62,017 nucleotides of DNA from a virus (lineage: Duplodnaviria; Caudoviricetes), in the IMG/VR virus record IMGVR_UViG_3300038530_002154, positions 1 to 62,017 of that record. One strand, 5' to 3'. The translations under genes were made by a program, and so were the position numbers. This document shows, piece by piece, positions 35,723 through 46,751 of the stretch (positions are counted from its first letter, which is position 1; every line of letters begins with the position of its first letter). The notes below the pieces were generated by a model. That model ran no database searches. It was given only the letters and a program-made list of their open reading frames with translations, and was not told the origin of the DNA.

Positions 35723-36728
35723 ACCAAGACTGAATGAAGAGGAGTATGCTTTAATAACAAAACATCGTGCCCTTCAAAAAGAGTGTGACCTAAGAGGCAT
35801 ACCTATGGATGACGTAAATCACTATTGGTATAAAGGGAAACATTTTTCTCTTCACGTTAAGAACAAGGGCGTATCTCCAGAAGAACTTAGAGACGACATT
35901 ATAAAGGCGATGAACGAGCATTCGCCTACTTATTATAAAATAAAACGTAAAAAACAAACAAATGGACACTTATTGGTTATTGATCCTGCAGATATTCATA
36001 TTGGCAAGTTGTGCTCCTCTTTTGAAACAGGGGAAGAATATGACGCACAAATCGCGGTCAAAAGAGTTAAAGAGGGAGTCAAGGGAATTATAAATAAAGC
36101 AGATGGGTTTAACATTGATAGAATACTTTTTGTTGGCGGTAATGACATATTACATGTTGACACACCCAAGAGAATGACAACCTCTGGAACACCACAAGAT
36201 ACAGACGGTATGTGGTATGAAAACTTTATGATAGCAAAAAAACTATATGTAGATGTATTAGAAATGCTAATTAGTGTTGCTGATGTACACTTCGTGTATA
36301 ATCCAAGTAACCATGATTATATGTCAGGATTTATGTTGTCTGATTCTATTCAATCGTGGTTTAGAAAATGCAAAAACATTACCTTTGATTGTGGGATTGC
36401 TCACAGAAAAGGGTTTAAATACGGCAGCAATCTTATTGGTACAACACATGGTGACGGTGCAAAAATACCTGATCTTCCGCTTATAATGGCAAATGAATTT
36501 GCTAAAGAGTGGGCTGAAACAAAGCACAGATATGTATATACACATCACGTTCATCATAAAACAAGCAAAGATTTTCACGGTATAACTGTGGAAAGTTTAA
36601 GATCACCAAGCGGTACAGACTCCTGGCATCACCGTAATGGGTATGGTGTAGGAGGAGTCAAAGCTATTGAGGGCTTTATACACTCAAAAAAACATGGGCA
36701 AGTTGCCCGATTAACACATATATTTTAA
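35712..36728 (+). CDS. Calcineurin-like metallophosphoesterase
   Basis: DIHIG, GGND..H.D, SNHD, HGD and HVHH motifs. Confidence 0.88.
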   Translation: MKYRPRLNEEEYALITKHRALQKECDLRGIPMDDVNHYWYKGKHFSLHVKNKGVSPEELRDDIIKAMNEHSPTYYKIKRKKQTNGHLLVIDPADIHIGKLCSSFETGEEYDAQIAVKRVKEGVKGIINKADGFNIDRILFVGGNDILHVDTPKRMTTSGTPQDTDGMWYENFMIAKKLYVDVLEMLISVADVHFVYNPSNHDYMSGFMLSDSIQSWFRKCKNITFDCGIAHRKGFKYGSNLIGTTHGDGAKIPDLPLIMANEFAKEWAETKHRYVYTHHVHHKTSKDFHGITVESLRSPSGTDSWHHRNGYGVGGVKAIEGFIHSKKHGQVARLTHIF

Positions 36729-36730
36729 TT

Positions 36731-36832
36731 ATGAAGAAAGTAAATTTTAAAGTCATCGGATGGATGACAATGTTAGCCCTAACTTTTGTGGGGTGTATTT
36801 ATGGAATAGTTATAGCAATATCTGCGTTTTGA
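36731..36832 (+). CDS. Tiny membrane protein MKKVNFKVIGWMTMLALTFVGCIYGIVIAISAF (33 aa, not in track)
   Basis: Manual translation; basic N-terminus plus TM helix; last plus-strand gene. Confidence 0.55.
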   Translation: MKKVNFKVIGWMTMLALTFVGCIYGIVIAISAF

Positions 36833-36847
36833 ATTGATTTGAAAGAA

Positions 36848-39800
36848 TTAGAGCTTGCTCTTGACGTTTAACTTATTCTTTTGTAGTTTCGGTTTTTGAT
36901 TAAGAGGCCCCTCGTCTTTCAGTGTCTTTCTTGGTTCAGGTTCTTCTAACTTTCCAGGATCTATAGGTTTCATTTTTTTCAAATCTCTAAAAACTCTTTC
37001 GCTCATATATCCCACTTCTGATAAAGGAATTAAATTCATCAAGTGAAGAGCATAAATAATCGCTGTATTGTTTAATTTATCTTGAGCGCTTTTAGATATT
37101 TTTGACTTCTTGCCAAATCTGTTTGTATATTCACCTGTTTGTGCAATCATAATCATGTCTTTTAAGGTAGTAAGTTTCTTACCACCTATACCCAAAACAC
37201 CCAACTGATCCACAAGTTCTTTGTCAGTATTTGCAAAAAACTTCCACGGGTTTTCTTCACCTTCTTGAACAATGTTTAAAAAGTAGTTTGCTGAATTTAG
37301 TAGTATATCGTTTGCTGGAGGAAGCGGTGATATAATATCTGCTACCACATTACCCAATCTTCCCTTTATTTGATTCTGTAATCTTTTGTCTTGTTTCTCT
37401 CTAGCTTCCATTCTTTTTTCCCACTCAGGTCTCATATCCTCTTCGTCCTCTCCCGCAAAACCTTCTGCTAATTTTGATAGCATTGAAGATATGGCTAAAC
37501 CTAAAGCATTAAACATTGTGGTTTCCACTCCTAAACCTGCTAAAGATCTCGCAGCTCTTGCTTTGTCGCCAGGTAATGCAGTAGGGTTGTTCACTAGTGT
37601 ATTTATGTCAGCATACATTCTAGTTTTTTGATTTAGTAAAAAGTTAGAAAATGGTAAAAGGGTTTTTCTAATAACTGAGGTTGTAAGGTTGTTGCTTGTA
37701 AATGCACCACCCTGCAAGTCTTGGTCTGAGGCGTTTTGCTGTCTGTCAACTTGTTGTTGTGCATAATCTAAACTAGATTGATTTAAAGGCTTGCTCCAAT
37801 CTATTTCATTAGAAGGAACACCTCTTTTTGCTTCAGCTTGAATATAATACGCAATAAAAGATGCTCTTGCAGTTCCAACATCGGGATCTACAAGTGTCTT
37901 TTGTAAAATGTATTTGTTTACTTTATCAAATCCATCTACTACTTTTTTGCCTGCTTTTTTAGTTTTATTAATGACACCTTTTTCATCACCAATTCTTGTG
38001 TCGTTTTCAATTTGACTATTTAAAGAATTTAAGTCCGCTTGAGATTGCACACCTCTGTTTGCTATAGGCATGCCTGAATTATCTAAGGCTTTTGACACCA
38101 CAGGATCAAACACAAGTTTTGAACCTAACAATGTATTAACTGCACCTGCATTTGTTAGTGTGTTGAATATAGGAATCATTTGTTTAAATGGTTGTGTTAT
38201 ACCACCAAGTGCACGAACAACACCAAAGGTTGCTATCTTATCTACTGCATTTAATACTGATGAGTCTTCTTTATTATATTCACCAATACCTCTTTTTTTG
38301 TCTACATATAAATTAATCCTATCGTCTAAAATTTTTCTGGACTGATCGTTTGGAAATACTTTTTTGAATGCATCAGATTCTCTAGCCCCTTTTATTTGCT
38401 GAATAGAGGGAGCTGTAAATATATCAGTCAAAGCTGCTTCATAGTTGTTTAGGTTTTGTCTGTCAAAATCTAAATTTAGTATTCTGTTTTTTGGCAAAGA
38501 TTTTGGTTTGGTTGCCTCCTTCAAAATTCCTGCTTCTTTATCATAAGCGCTTCTTCTATTTCCTTCAGGATTAAACATTGGCTCTGTTATATCTCGTGTG
38601 CTTTCTTCTGGGTTTACTCTAATAACATTTCTAGGTGTATAGTTTATGTCTTTTCCTAAATTCCTATTATATATATTTAAAGAGGTGTCTGCTAAATCTC
38701 CATATTTATTAGCCCACATTTCAGTTATATAATTTACTCCCTCAAGGTTTACAGGATCTACTTTAGATTCTACATCGTTTATAGTTTCAGAATCTGCCAA
38801 TAGTTTATCGTAAGACTCTTTAATTAACTCTCCCTTTTTTATGTTGTTGGGATCCTTGCTTTCTAAAAGTCTTTCGTATGTTTCTTTTACAAGGCCTTTG
38901 CTTTTCTCAAACTCTGCCTGTTGTTCAGCCTCTGTTCCAGGCGATACTCTTCTTACCTCAGCCAATACACCTCTTTCTGTGTTGTTGTTTGCGTCAAAAT
39001 ATTTACCATTTTGCATTTTTTTCTTTCTAAATGCGTCTGCATAATCAGACTCCGCTCTATTGGCTTCAGATCTTGCCTTGTTTGCTCCATTAATTAAATC
39101 CTGAATACCCAAAGCTTTCATTACCTTAAGGCCTTTAGATTGAGACTTAAACATTAAATCAAACGCATTTGGAAGGGTTGCTATGTATTTATTCCATGCT
39201 CTTCCAATCCACCCGCTATTTTCTTTCGATTTTATATTTTGTTTTTCTAAGCCAATCATCCCTTTATTTCCTCGATACTGACTTAACACAGCCTGCATAC
39301 CTCCTGTAGATTGATTCATTTCAAAATTTATTATTGAATCTAACACAGCCATTTTTTGTGCAGTGCTTAAAAGATTTAAATCCATGTTTAAAAAATCCCT
39401 CACAAGATCTTTATTTCTTTTACTAAGTTCTAGGTCGCCACTTTCAATATCTCCTTTGATGTTAACCTTTATGTTGTTAAAAGCGTTTTTGATAGCTTTA
39501 TCTACTTCTTTTTCTTTATTTTTTTCAAACTCCGCTTTTGCTTCAGGGCTCATTTGTTTTCCTTCAATTTCATATAAAGCCTCTCTAACTTGCTCAAGAG
39601 TAAGTTCTGTAGGATCTAAACCTGTTAGTTCCTGGAAAGATTCTTTTGCTAATTCATAGTTAGCCTTCTTTTGACTATCTATCTCTTTTTTACTGTAATT
39701 GTTGATATTCTTAATATCAAAAGGTTTACTTGTTTGAAGCCCTTTTTTAGTTTTCTTGGTTTTTTTGAGACCGTCTTTTACTGCTTGTGCTTTTTCTAAG

Positions 39801-42800
39801 TATGTGTCAATATCTTTTACCTGACTAGGATTTATTTCTGCAAATTGCAAAGCAGAATCAGCTAGCGTGGCTTCTTTTCCTTTTGCATCTTTTTTTATCT
39901 GCTTCTGTAAAGACTTAGCTTTTTTAATTTTAGATTCATACTCTGCACTATTCATGGCGTTGGTTATATAATCCAACACGCCTTGAACTTTTTTTGTATT
40001 ATTTAAATTTACCGTTGAAACCTGTTTTATTAAAGCTTTTGCTTTTGTTAGGCTTATGTTGCCAATTTTTCGTAAGTTTTTTATAGAGTTGTACAATGCT
40101 TTTCTTCTACTATCTTGGTCTTTTTTGGCATCACGAGCTGCCTTTGCTTCCATTTTTATTTGATCCTTTAAAGCAGCGGATTCATTTACAGTTACAAATT
40201 TTTTGTCTTTTTTCTTTTTAGAGTCTATTTGTCTTTTGGTCGGAGAAGGTATTTGTAATCCGAGTTTTTTGTTTAACCTTTGAACAGCTGCTTCTCTTTC
40301 TGTATCATTCATTTGCTCATTAAACACAGTAGATTGTTCTAGATATTTAAGAGCGTTTTCCTGTTCAGATAACCTGTTGTCTTTGTTACCTCTTCTTTTG
40401 TTTCGACCTTCTGTTTTTTTAATTATATCGTCTACTATTGCGTCAACTCTTTCAGTGTTCACACTCATCACTTCCTCTTGTTCAAGGGAAGGTTGTTCTG
40501 TCTCAGTAAGTAAGTCTATTTCCGTTTGCGCTTCTTGCTCAGGAGTGAGCCGTACTTCTTGCTCCACTTCTGTGCCAACTTCGGATTGTTGATCCTGAGA
40601 TATATTTCCTGTTTCTTGCTTTTGAATGGCATCTTGGTTTTGGTTTATAAGTTTATCTCTATTTTTTTGAAGTTCAGATATATCTTCTTGGCTTTCTTTA
40701 ATTCTGTTTTCTATTTCTTGAACTTGCTCTACAGTTGCTAATCCGTTCTTTAAATCTCGTTTAGCTTTAAGTAATCTGTTTTGGTTTTTCTCTAGCTCTA
40801 ATTTTTCCTCATTAATATTTTTATTAAATAAATCAATTTCTTTTTGAGTTTCAGTTTTAACTTCAGTTTCTGAAGTTGCGTCTACCTTTCCATCAATAAT
40901 ATCCTGGGCTTCTTGTAGGTCGTTTTTAGCTAAAGTGTTTAATTGTGCATCTACATCTGCAATTCTTCTATCAATATCTTCTTTTAAAGGGCCTTCTAAG
41001 CCATCTCTCTGCTCCATTAACTTTTGTCTTTGAGTAAGCAGGTCTGCTGCCTGCTCTACATTCTTAGACATTTTAATGGTACCCTTAGTTTTTAATTCAG
41101 CTGCCTGCATGCTGTACACTTCATTATAGGCATTGTATGCCTGCTCTTTTGTGAGCTCCTTATTTTTGACTAATTCATTAAGAGTTTCAGTAAGGTTATC
41201 AGTGTCTTTGGCAATCATTCTTACAAAATCTTTTCTTTGGTTGCCCGAAAGAAGTTTTCTGCTTCCTAAAGTAGAGGTTGCTCCGATTGTCATGACTCCC
41301 GTTTCAATAATATCAGCTTTAGTTACGTTGGCGTTTAACACATCTTTACCTATACTTTGGTTTACCAAATAATTTATACCTCTTTCACTAAACAAAACGG
41401 GTAGTTCTTCAACAAAAAGCTCCTTAGCATTTTCTTTTAGAAGCTCAACTCCTTTTTGTTTAAGTTCTTTTTGAGAAAAGTCCTTGCCTTTTGTTTTTGC
41501 TAAATTTAAGATTTGTTGTTTTACACCTGTAAGACCTGTAAGAAGTTTTTCATTGCTACCTGCTAATCCTGAAAAAATTGCATCTAATGAAGCGATTGCA
41601 TTCCCTGCATTTATAGATATATCAAGCGCTTCTTTTTCACTCATTCCTGATGCGACTAATTGATCATAAACATCTTCCACACTTCCTGTTAAACTACTCA
41701 TATAAGATGCTATCCCCATACCAAAATTTCCTGCTCTAGGGCCTTTGAGTCCTAATGCTTTAGTTGTTTTGCCTCCAGCCTTAATCAAAGCAACTAAGTT
41801 TGCAATAGTTTGCACACCACCTCGTAATACAGATCCTCCTGTCCAATTTATTTCTTCATTTGGAACATCTTTAGATCTTAAAACAATTTCAGCTATTTCT
41901 GCCTGAGGCAAAATACCCTCCATCCTAACATTGGTATTTGCATCAATAACTTGTCCGCTTCTATCAACCATAAATTTTTCTCCATTATAAAACACAGGCT
42001 TGCCCTGAACAAAGGCACTGGTTTTTACTGCTCCTGTACTAAGCTCGAGGTGATCAGCAGTGTCGCTTATCATTTCACTAAGACCTGCAAAGAAACCTTT
42101 TTTATCAAATCCTTTTTGGGATAACCGTTGGTCGAAAAACGCAGGGATAGAGGCAAAATAATCAGCAGCAAAAGTTACTATTGTATTTGCTGCAACCGCA
42201 CCTAATTCCATGGCGCCTACTCCCATTTCATCTGCACCGCCTTCTTTTGCAGCATAGTAAAGTCTTTTTCTATCTCTTAAATCTTTTTCCTCAGTACCCT
42301 CTTTGAATTTGGGAAATAAATCAACCACACTTCTCATTTCAACTGCGGTATCTAAAAAAGCGTCTTGAAGTTTTTTCTTTGCTTTTTTTATTTTATCTAG
42401 TTCAGCGGGATCAGACGTGTAGTTTTCTAATGCCTCAAGTCTAGTTAATTCTTTTGTAATGTCATTTAAAAGATTAGCCTTATAGCTTTGAATTCTTTCA
42501 AATTGTAGTTTTTCTCTTTCAAACTCATTACCCTCTTCATTTGCAAGAAGTGTTTTAAAAAATCTGTAAACAGAACCGTCTTTTCTAGTGTTTGTTTTTA
42601 CCCATTTTGCGTAATCTAACGGATTAATATTTGCTTTTGCTAAAATATCAGCATCAACCCCACCTAATTTCTCTATTTCTTCTTCAGTCAATTCAACATT
42701 TTTGAGCGAATTGCTTATAATTCCAATATCACTTACCTCAATATATTCAGGTAGTTGGCTTTTTTCATATGTTACAATGGCATTTAAAACTTTTTCATCT

Positions 42801-43720
42801 AATTCACTTCCTTTTTTTGCTACAGTATTTCCATTTTCATCTTTTATAAAGTAAGTTTTATCTTTTGTGTCTTGTTGTGATTGTTCCCATGGCGAAACAT
42901 CTACTACTTGCCCTGTTTTTTCATCTATTCTGAAACTCATATACTCACCAAGGTTTCTATTTTCTTGCTCTTCTAAAACATCAAAATAACCTACTGAATC
43001 TAAAATCTCTCTGTTTTTTTTATTGTTGAATGATGATTTCCAGGATCCCTCACCATATGCAATGGCACTCTCTTTGTCCTTTCCAAAATTTATTACTTCT
43101 CCTCTTTTTTGAGCTTCTTCAAACACAGGTTTCCAATCTTGTTCTGCTTGTTCAGACATGTCTGTAAAAGAGCCATCTGGATTTTGAAAAATAGTAGGAA
43201 ATGAAAACCAATTACCTTTGCCATCAGTTTCTGTTTTCATCTTGTGAGTAGACTCGCTACCATCTTCGTTTGTTAAAACTCCTGTTCTGTTAGGAGCATC
43301 AGGAATGTTTAGGTTAGCAAAACTTACTTCTTCTTCTTCTGTTTCTGGTCTTTGGTTTCCTGTAAAAGAAAGTTTTCCGTCACTAACTAAATCGTAAAAT
43401 TGATTTCCGTATTTACCAATAAGTTCCTCTTGGGTGTATTCATTACCCGCAGGTGTGGTAAATAAAGAATTATTTTGATACAGTGGACTTGAAGAATCCG
43501 AAAAGGAATCGGCTAGTGTTGTTTCTGTAGTAGATTCCGTAACTTCCGTTTCCGAATTTGAATCGGAGGTGTCGTTTGGATTTTTTTTTTCAGTGTCGTC
43601 TCCTAAAACCAATTCTAAGGTGCCTTCTTTGACAAGTTCGTCAAAACGATCTTGTCCGTATTTTGCAATTAAATCAGTCTCGCTTCTTACATTGCCAGCA
43701 GGTGTTCTATATTTTTTCAT
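36848..43720 (-). CDS. Giant internal virion / DNA ejection protein
   Basis: 2290 aa, helical and coiled-coil; last of three genes after the nozzle and GNAT gene, as in podoviruses. Confidence 0.7.
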   Translation of the reverse strand: MKKYRTPAGNVRSETDLIAKYGQDRFDELVKEGTLELVLGDDTEKKNPNDTSDSNSETEVTESTTETTLADSFSDSSSPLYQNNSLFTTPAGNEYTQEELIGKYGNQFYDLVSDGKLSFTGNQRPETEEEEVSFANLNIPDAPNRTGVLTNEDGSESTHKMKTETDGKGNWFSFPTIFQNPDGSFTDMSEQAEQDWKPVFEEAQKRGEVINFGKDKESAIAYGEGSWKSSFNNKKNREILDSVGYFDVLEEQENRNLGEYMSFRIDEKTGQVVDVSPWEQSQQDTKDKTYFIKDENGNTVAKKGSELDEKVLNAIVTYEKSQLPEYIEVSDIGIISNSLKNVELTEEEIEKLGGVDADILAKANINPLDYAKWVKTNTRKDGSVYRFFKTLLANEEGNEFEREKLQFERIQSYKANLLNDITKELTRLEALENYTSDPAELDKIKKAKKKLQDAFLDTAVEMRSVVDLFPKFKEGTEEKDLRDRKRLYYAAKEGGADEMGVGAMELGAVAANTIVTFAADYFASIPAFFDQRLSQKGFDKKGFFAGLSEMISDTADHLELSTGAVKTSAFVQGKPVFYNGEKFMVDRSGQVIDANTNVRMEGILPQAEIAEIVLRSKDVPNEEINWTGGSVLRGGVQTIANLVALIKAGGKTTKALGLKGPRAGNFGMGIASYMSSLTGSVEDVYDQLVASGMSEKEALDISINAGNAIASLDAIFSGLAGSNEKLLTGLTGVKQQILNLAKTKGKDFSQKELKQKGVELLKENAKELFVEELPVLFSERGINYLVNQSIGKDVLNANVTKADIIETGVMTIGATSTLGSRKLLSGNQRKDFVRMIAKDTDNLTETLNELVKNKELTKEQAYNAYNEVYSMQAAELKTKGTIKMSKNVEQAADLLTQRQKLMEQRDGLEGPLKEDIDRRIADVDAQLNTLAKNDLQEAQDIIDGKVDATSETEVKTETQKEIDLFNKNINEEKLELEKNQNRLLKAKRDLKNGLATVEQVQEIENRIKESQEDISELQKNRDKLINQNQDAIQKQETGNISQDQQSEVGTEVEQEVRLTPEQEAQTEIDLLTETEQPSLEQEEVMSVNTERVDAIVDDIIKKTEGRNKRRGNKDNRLSEQENALKYLEQSTVFNEQMNDTEREAAVQRLNKKLGLQIPSPTKRQIDSKKKKDKKFVTVNESAALKDQIKMEAKAARDAKKDQDSRRKALYNSIKNLRKIGNISLTKAKALIKQVSTVNLNNTKKVQGVLDYITNAMNSAEYESKIKKAKSLQKQIKKDAKGKEATLADSALQFAEINPSQVKDIDTYLEKAQAVKDGLKKTKKTKKGLQTSKPFDIKNINNYSKKEIDSQKKANYELAKESFQELTGLDPTELTLEQVREALYEIEGKQMSPEAKAEFEKNKEKEVDKAIKNAFNNIKVNIKGDIESGDLELSKRNKDLVRDFLNMDLNLLSTAQKMAVLDSIINFEMNQSTGGMQAVLSQYRGNKGMIGLEKQNIKSKENSGWIGRAWNKYIATLPNAFDLMFKSQSKGLKVMKALGIQDLINGANKARSEANRAESDYADAFRKKKMQNGKYFDANNNTERGVLAEVRRVSPGTEAEQQAEFEKSKGLVKETYERLLESKDPNNIKKGELIKESYDKLLADSETINDVESKVDPVNLEGVNYITEMWANKYGDLADTSLNIYNRNLGKDINYTPRNVIRVNPEESTRDITEPMFNPEGNRRSAYDKEAGILKEATKPKSLPKNRILNLDFDRQNLNNYEAALTDIFTAPSIQQIKGARESDAFKKVFPNDQSRKILDDRINLYVDKKRGIGEYNKEDSSVLNAVDKIATFGVVRALGGITQPFKQMIPIFNTLTNAGAVNTLLGSKLVFDPVVSKALDNSGMPIANRGVQSQADLNSLNSQIENDTRIGDEKGVINKTKKAGKKVVDGFDKVNKYILQKTLVDPDVGTARASFIAYYIQAEAKRGVPSNEIDWSKPLNQSSLDYAQQQVDRQQNASDQDLQGGAFTSNNLTTSVIRKTLLPFSNFLLNQKTRMYADINTLVNNPTALPGDKARAARSLAGLGVETTMFNALGLAISSMLSKLAEGFAGEDEEDMRPEWEKRMEAREKQDKRLQNQIKGRLGNVVADIISPLPPANDILLNSANYFLNIVQEGEENPWKFFANTDKELVDQLGVLGIGGKKLTTLKDMIMIAQTGEYTNRFGKKSKISKSAQDKLNNTAIIYALHLMNLIPLSEVGYMSERVFRDLKKMKPIDPGKLEEPEPRKTLKDEGPLNQKPKLQKNKLNVKSKL

Positions 43721-43724
43721 AAAA

Positions 43725-45803
43725 TTACTTTTCTAGTTTAGCAATGAAATCGGTTACAACACCTTCTACCTCTCTATAATCTTGATTGTCAGAAGTTATA
43801 TCGTTACTTTTTATAGTTACTGGTATACCTTCGTTGTCAATATATTCTATAGTGATTCCATCTCCACCTGGAGTTACCTTAACATTAAACCCTTTTGGAA
43901 TCGGAACACCTTGGTTTTGCATTGCAGTCGTAACAGCTGATTTTACTCCTGACGCAAGATTTTTTCTGTCAATACCAAAACTATCAGCTGAATCCGCATC
44001 ATCAAACGCAAGTTTTAATTGGCTACTTAAACTAGTTTTTGATCCACCAACTTCATATTCACTACTTAAATTAAATGTCTTTTTAGACTTGTAATTTCTG
44101 TTTCTTGAACCTACACCAGGTTGAGATACATTTTCAAAAAGCTCTCCATCGAAACTTTCAAACGCTGTGTTGAAATCAACTGCATTATCTTTTGCAAAGA
44201 ACTCATAGTTTGCATTTATAAAGTCTTTAGCATTAGTTTCTTGGAATTTACCATCGACTACCTTACCAAACTCAACAGGTATCAATTGACCACCTAAACT
44301 AATGTTAACTCCTGTAACTATTTCTTCTCCATCAACCACCGCAGTAACTTCTTCTATTGAATCATATTTCAGTCCTGAAAGTCCTGAAAGTTTTTGTAAA
44401 GAAAGCTCTATATCTTCAACAGACTTAGCGCCTCTCAAGTTATTTAGGGCCTCTATAACACTAACTCCATTTGCAGTTTTAGATTTGCTCTCAAGTTTAT
44501 TAGGTCTGTAAGGATCGAATTGTGCGTCTCTCTCTCCTGAATCTGTAATATCTCTGTCTAATGATAAATACAACGCACCTTTTGCGTGTCTTTCTGCTGC
44601 TACTCTATCTTCTTCAGTAAGAATAGGCACTTGAACGCCATTGTTTTGAGCGTTTGGCCCACCAACTTTAATATATTTTGGTTTAGTTCCTGTTTTATAT
44701 TTTTTTTCTACAGGATCATAATACCTGTATTCCACTTTTGCGTTAGCCATAGTAGATTCATCCCATTTAGTAAATGGAACTACTATACTATCAGCGCTTT
44801 GACCATCAGGCGTTAACATTCCATTTTCAGATAAAACACTAACGATCCTCTCTGGCGTTGCTGTAATGTTTTGTGCGGCAACATTTAATAAACTATTGAA
44901 CTGCTCCACTTCCATTTGACTCACATCATCGGTGACTACGCCACTCATGTTACCAACACGGCTAATTAACTCATATGTTTTGCCTAAAGCAGTATCCTTA
45001 CCTACAAGTTTACTAGCCTCATCATAAAGATAAAGCCTGTTTGCTCGTTGGTTTGCATCTTTTTTAAGACCTAAAATACTCATAGCCCCATCTTTTATAG
45101 GTATAGGATTGCCATTTGCGTCTAATTTGTTTCTAGTTAAACCCGTGATATAATCAACCTCTTGCTCATAAAATGTTATTATACCTAGCCCGCTGTCATC
45201 AAAGCCTAATGCATAAGATCCAGGTGCGCCTATAGACGTTTGAATGTCTTGAAGGGCAGCTTCTAAATTACCAGAAATAGGTCTTTCTATAGTTTTCTGT
45301 TCATTAGAAACACTTGGACTACTACTCCCCTTGGTGCCATCTCCAGGACTTATACTTCTACTAGTAACTGTATAGTCTCCACCAACAGCTCTTGCTTGAG
45401 TTTTTTCAAACTCATTGCTTTCGTCTTTCATCCATTGAGAAGCAATGGTAAAAGTTTGAGATAAGTTGTCTCTGAAACGAGTATTGTCATCCATGGTTAT
45501 TACACCACCCTGAACTAAACGCATATTGTTGTCAAGCCTTCTTTTAGCTTCTGCCAAATAGGCAAGCATTTCTTCACGACCTGTTTTTGTGCTAGGAAAT
45601 TCTTGCTGTGCTTGTTTTAGTATTTTTAAATACTCTTGTTGATTGTTGTCTTGTAGGTTTTTTCTTTGAGTAAGTATATTTTCTCGCCATTCATTTACAC
45701 CCGTTATCGCATCGTCAATAAAGTCAAACCTACCTTTTACTCTTTCAACTCTAGCCTTTGCTACTGCCTCTTTACCTAATGCTGCTTGTACTGCGTTACC
45801 CAT
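43725..45803 (-). CDS. Internal virion / ejection protein
   Basis: 692 aa; call rests on position. Confidence 0.6.
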   Translation of the reverse strand: MGNAVQAALGKEAVAKARVERVKGRFDFIDDAITGVNEWRENILTQRKNLQDNNQQEYLKILKQAQQEFPSTKTGREEMLAYLAEAKRRLDNNMRLVQGGVITMDDNTRFRDNLSQTFTIASQWMKDESNEFEKTQARAVGGDYTVTSRSISPGDGTKGSSSPSVSNEQKTIERPISGNLEAALQDIQTSIGAPGSYALGFDDSGLGIITFYEQEVDYITGLTRNKLDANGNPIPIKDGAMSILGLKKDANQRANRLYLYDEASKLVGKDTALGKTYELISRVGNMSGVVTDDVSQMEVEQFNSLLNVAAQNITATPERIVSVLSENGMLTPDGQSADSIVVPFTKWDESTMANAKVEYRYYDPVEKKYKTGTKPKYIKVGGPNAQNNGVQVPILTEEDRVAAERHAKGALYLSLDRDITDSGERDAQFDPYRPNKLESKSKTANGVSVIEALNNLRGAKSVEDIELSLQKLSGLSGLKYDSIEEVTAVVDGEEIVTGVNISLGGQLIPVEFGKVVDGKFQETNAKDFINANYEFFAKDNAVDFNTAFESFDGELFENVSQPGVGSRNRNYKSKKTFNLSSEYEVGGSKTSLSSQLKLAFDDADSADSFGIDRKNLASGVKSAVTTAMQNQGVPIPKGFNVKVTPGGDGITIEYIDNEGIPVTIKSNDITSDNQDYREVEGVVTDFIAKLEK

Positions 45804-45811
45804 AATTTATT

Positions 45812-46750
45812 TTATTTTGGTTTACTCAAACCTAAAGATTGAAACAATTCACCAAAAAATCCACCAGATCCAAATACTCCTTCTTCATTACCTTCGCCAA
45901 TGCCTAAAAAGCCTCCGATATCATCTATTAATCCATCATCACCTCTTAAAGCTCCATCTTTTCCGAAAAACCCTTCTGATCCGAATATTGCACCATCTGA
46001 TCCAAACAAACCATCGGTTGATTTTGGTAGGACATTAATCACGTCTCCTTCGGTGCTGAAGTTTCCTCTTGCAATTTGCCTTAATTGAGACTTGTCAAAT
46101 TTACCTGATTTAATCATTTCAAGCGCTTTGTCTCCAGATAAACTAGAGTCGCCTTCCATAAGTTTTTTAATAGCCTTACCTTCAGCATTTCCAAATGCAC
46201 CAACTAAGCTCGTCAAAGCACTTGTTCCTGCGTCAATAAAACTCTTACTAGCCTGTCTGCCAAACATATCCGCCTCAGCCCTTTTTGCTTCGGCCTCAAT
46301 TCCTGCGGCTTGAGCTCTGTCATCTTTCAAGGAGGCAATATCTTCTGCAGACGCCTCACCCGCTTTTGCTCTAGCCATATCAATTGCTAGTTTTTGCATT
46401 GCTTGTTTGTCTGCAATCTTACCTGTTCCTATGTCTTGTATTTGTTTGATTTTACCTGCTGTTGCAGCAACACCTCTTTGGTCGCCTTCTTGTGCTGCTT
46501 CTAAAATTTGAGTTCCTTGAACATTTGATAATTGTAGAGCTTTATCATAAACATCCGTGGTAGCTCTAACGGCATCATAAAAGTTTTGCTCCAAAGCTGC
46601 AATAGACTCTTGCTCTAATTGTTCTTTTTTAATTTCTAATCTTCCCGCTTCTCTTGCTGCGTCTTTTGCTGCGTCACCTGCTAAAAATCCTTTAGCGGCT
46701 TGACCTCCTACTGCAACTGTTGCTGTTGCTATTGCTGTGAATCCTGCCAT
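45812..46750 (-). CDS. Internal virion pilot/ejection protein
   Basis: Ala/Gly-rich hydrophobic N-terminus, coiled coil, G(L/I/F)FG.DG repeats at the C-terminus. Confidence 0.7.
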   Translation of the reverse strand: MAGFTAIATATVAVGGQAAKGFLAGDAAKDAAREAGRLEIKKEQLEQESIAALEQNFYDAVRATTDVYDKALQLSNVQGTQILEAAQEGDQRGVAATAGKIKQIQDIGTGKIADKQAMQKLAIDMARAKAGEASAEDIASLKDDRAQAAGIEAEAKRAEADMFGRQASKSFIDAGTSALTSLVGAFGNAEGKAIKKLMEGDSSLSGDKALEMIKSGKFDKSQLRQIARGNFSTEGDVINVLPKSTDGLFGSDGAIFGSEGFFGKDGALRGDDGLIDDIGGFLGIGEGNEEGVFGSGGFFGELFQSLGLSKPK

Positions 46751-46751
46751 A

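Noticed and set aside
40456-40470. Third copy of TGTTCACACTCATCA inside the 2290-aa gene
   Set aside because: Lacks the downstream GGGAAGGT part and lies in ordinary coding sequence; probably chance, although it cannot be excluded.
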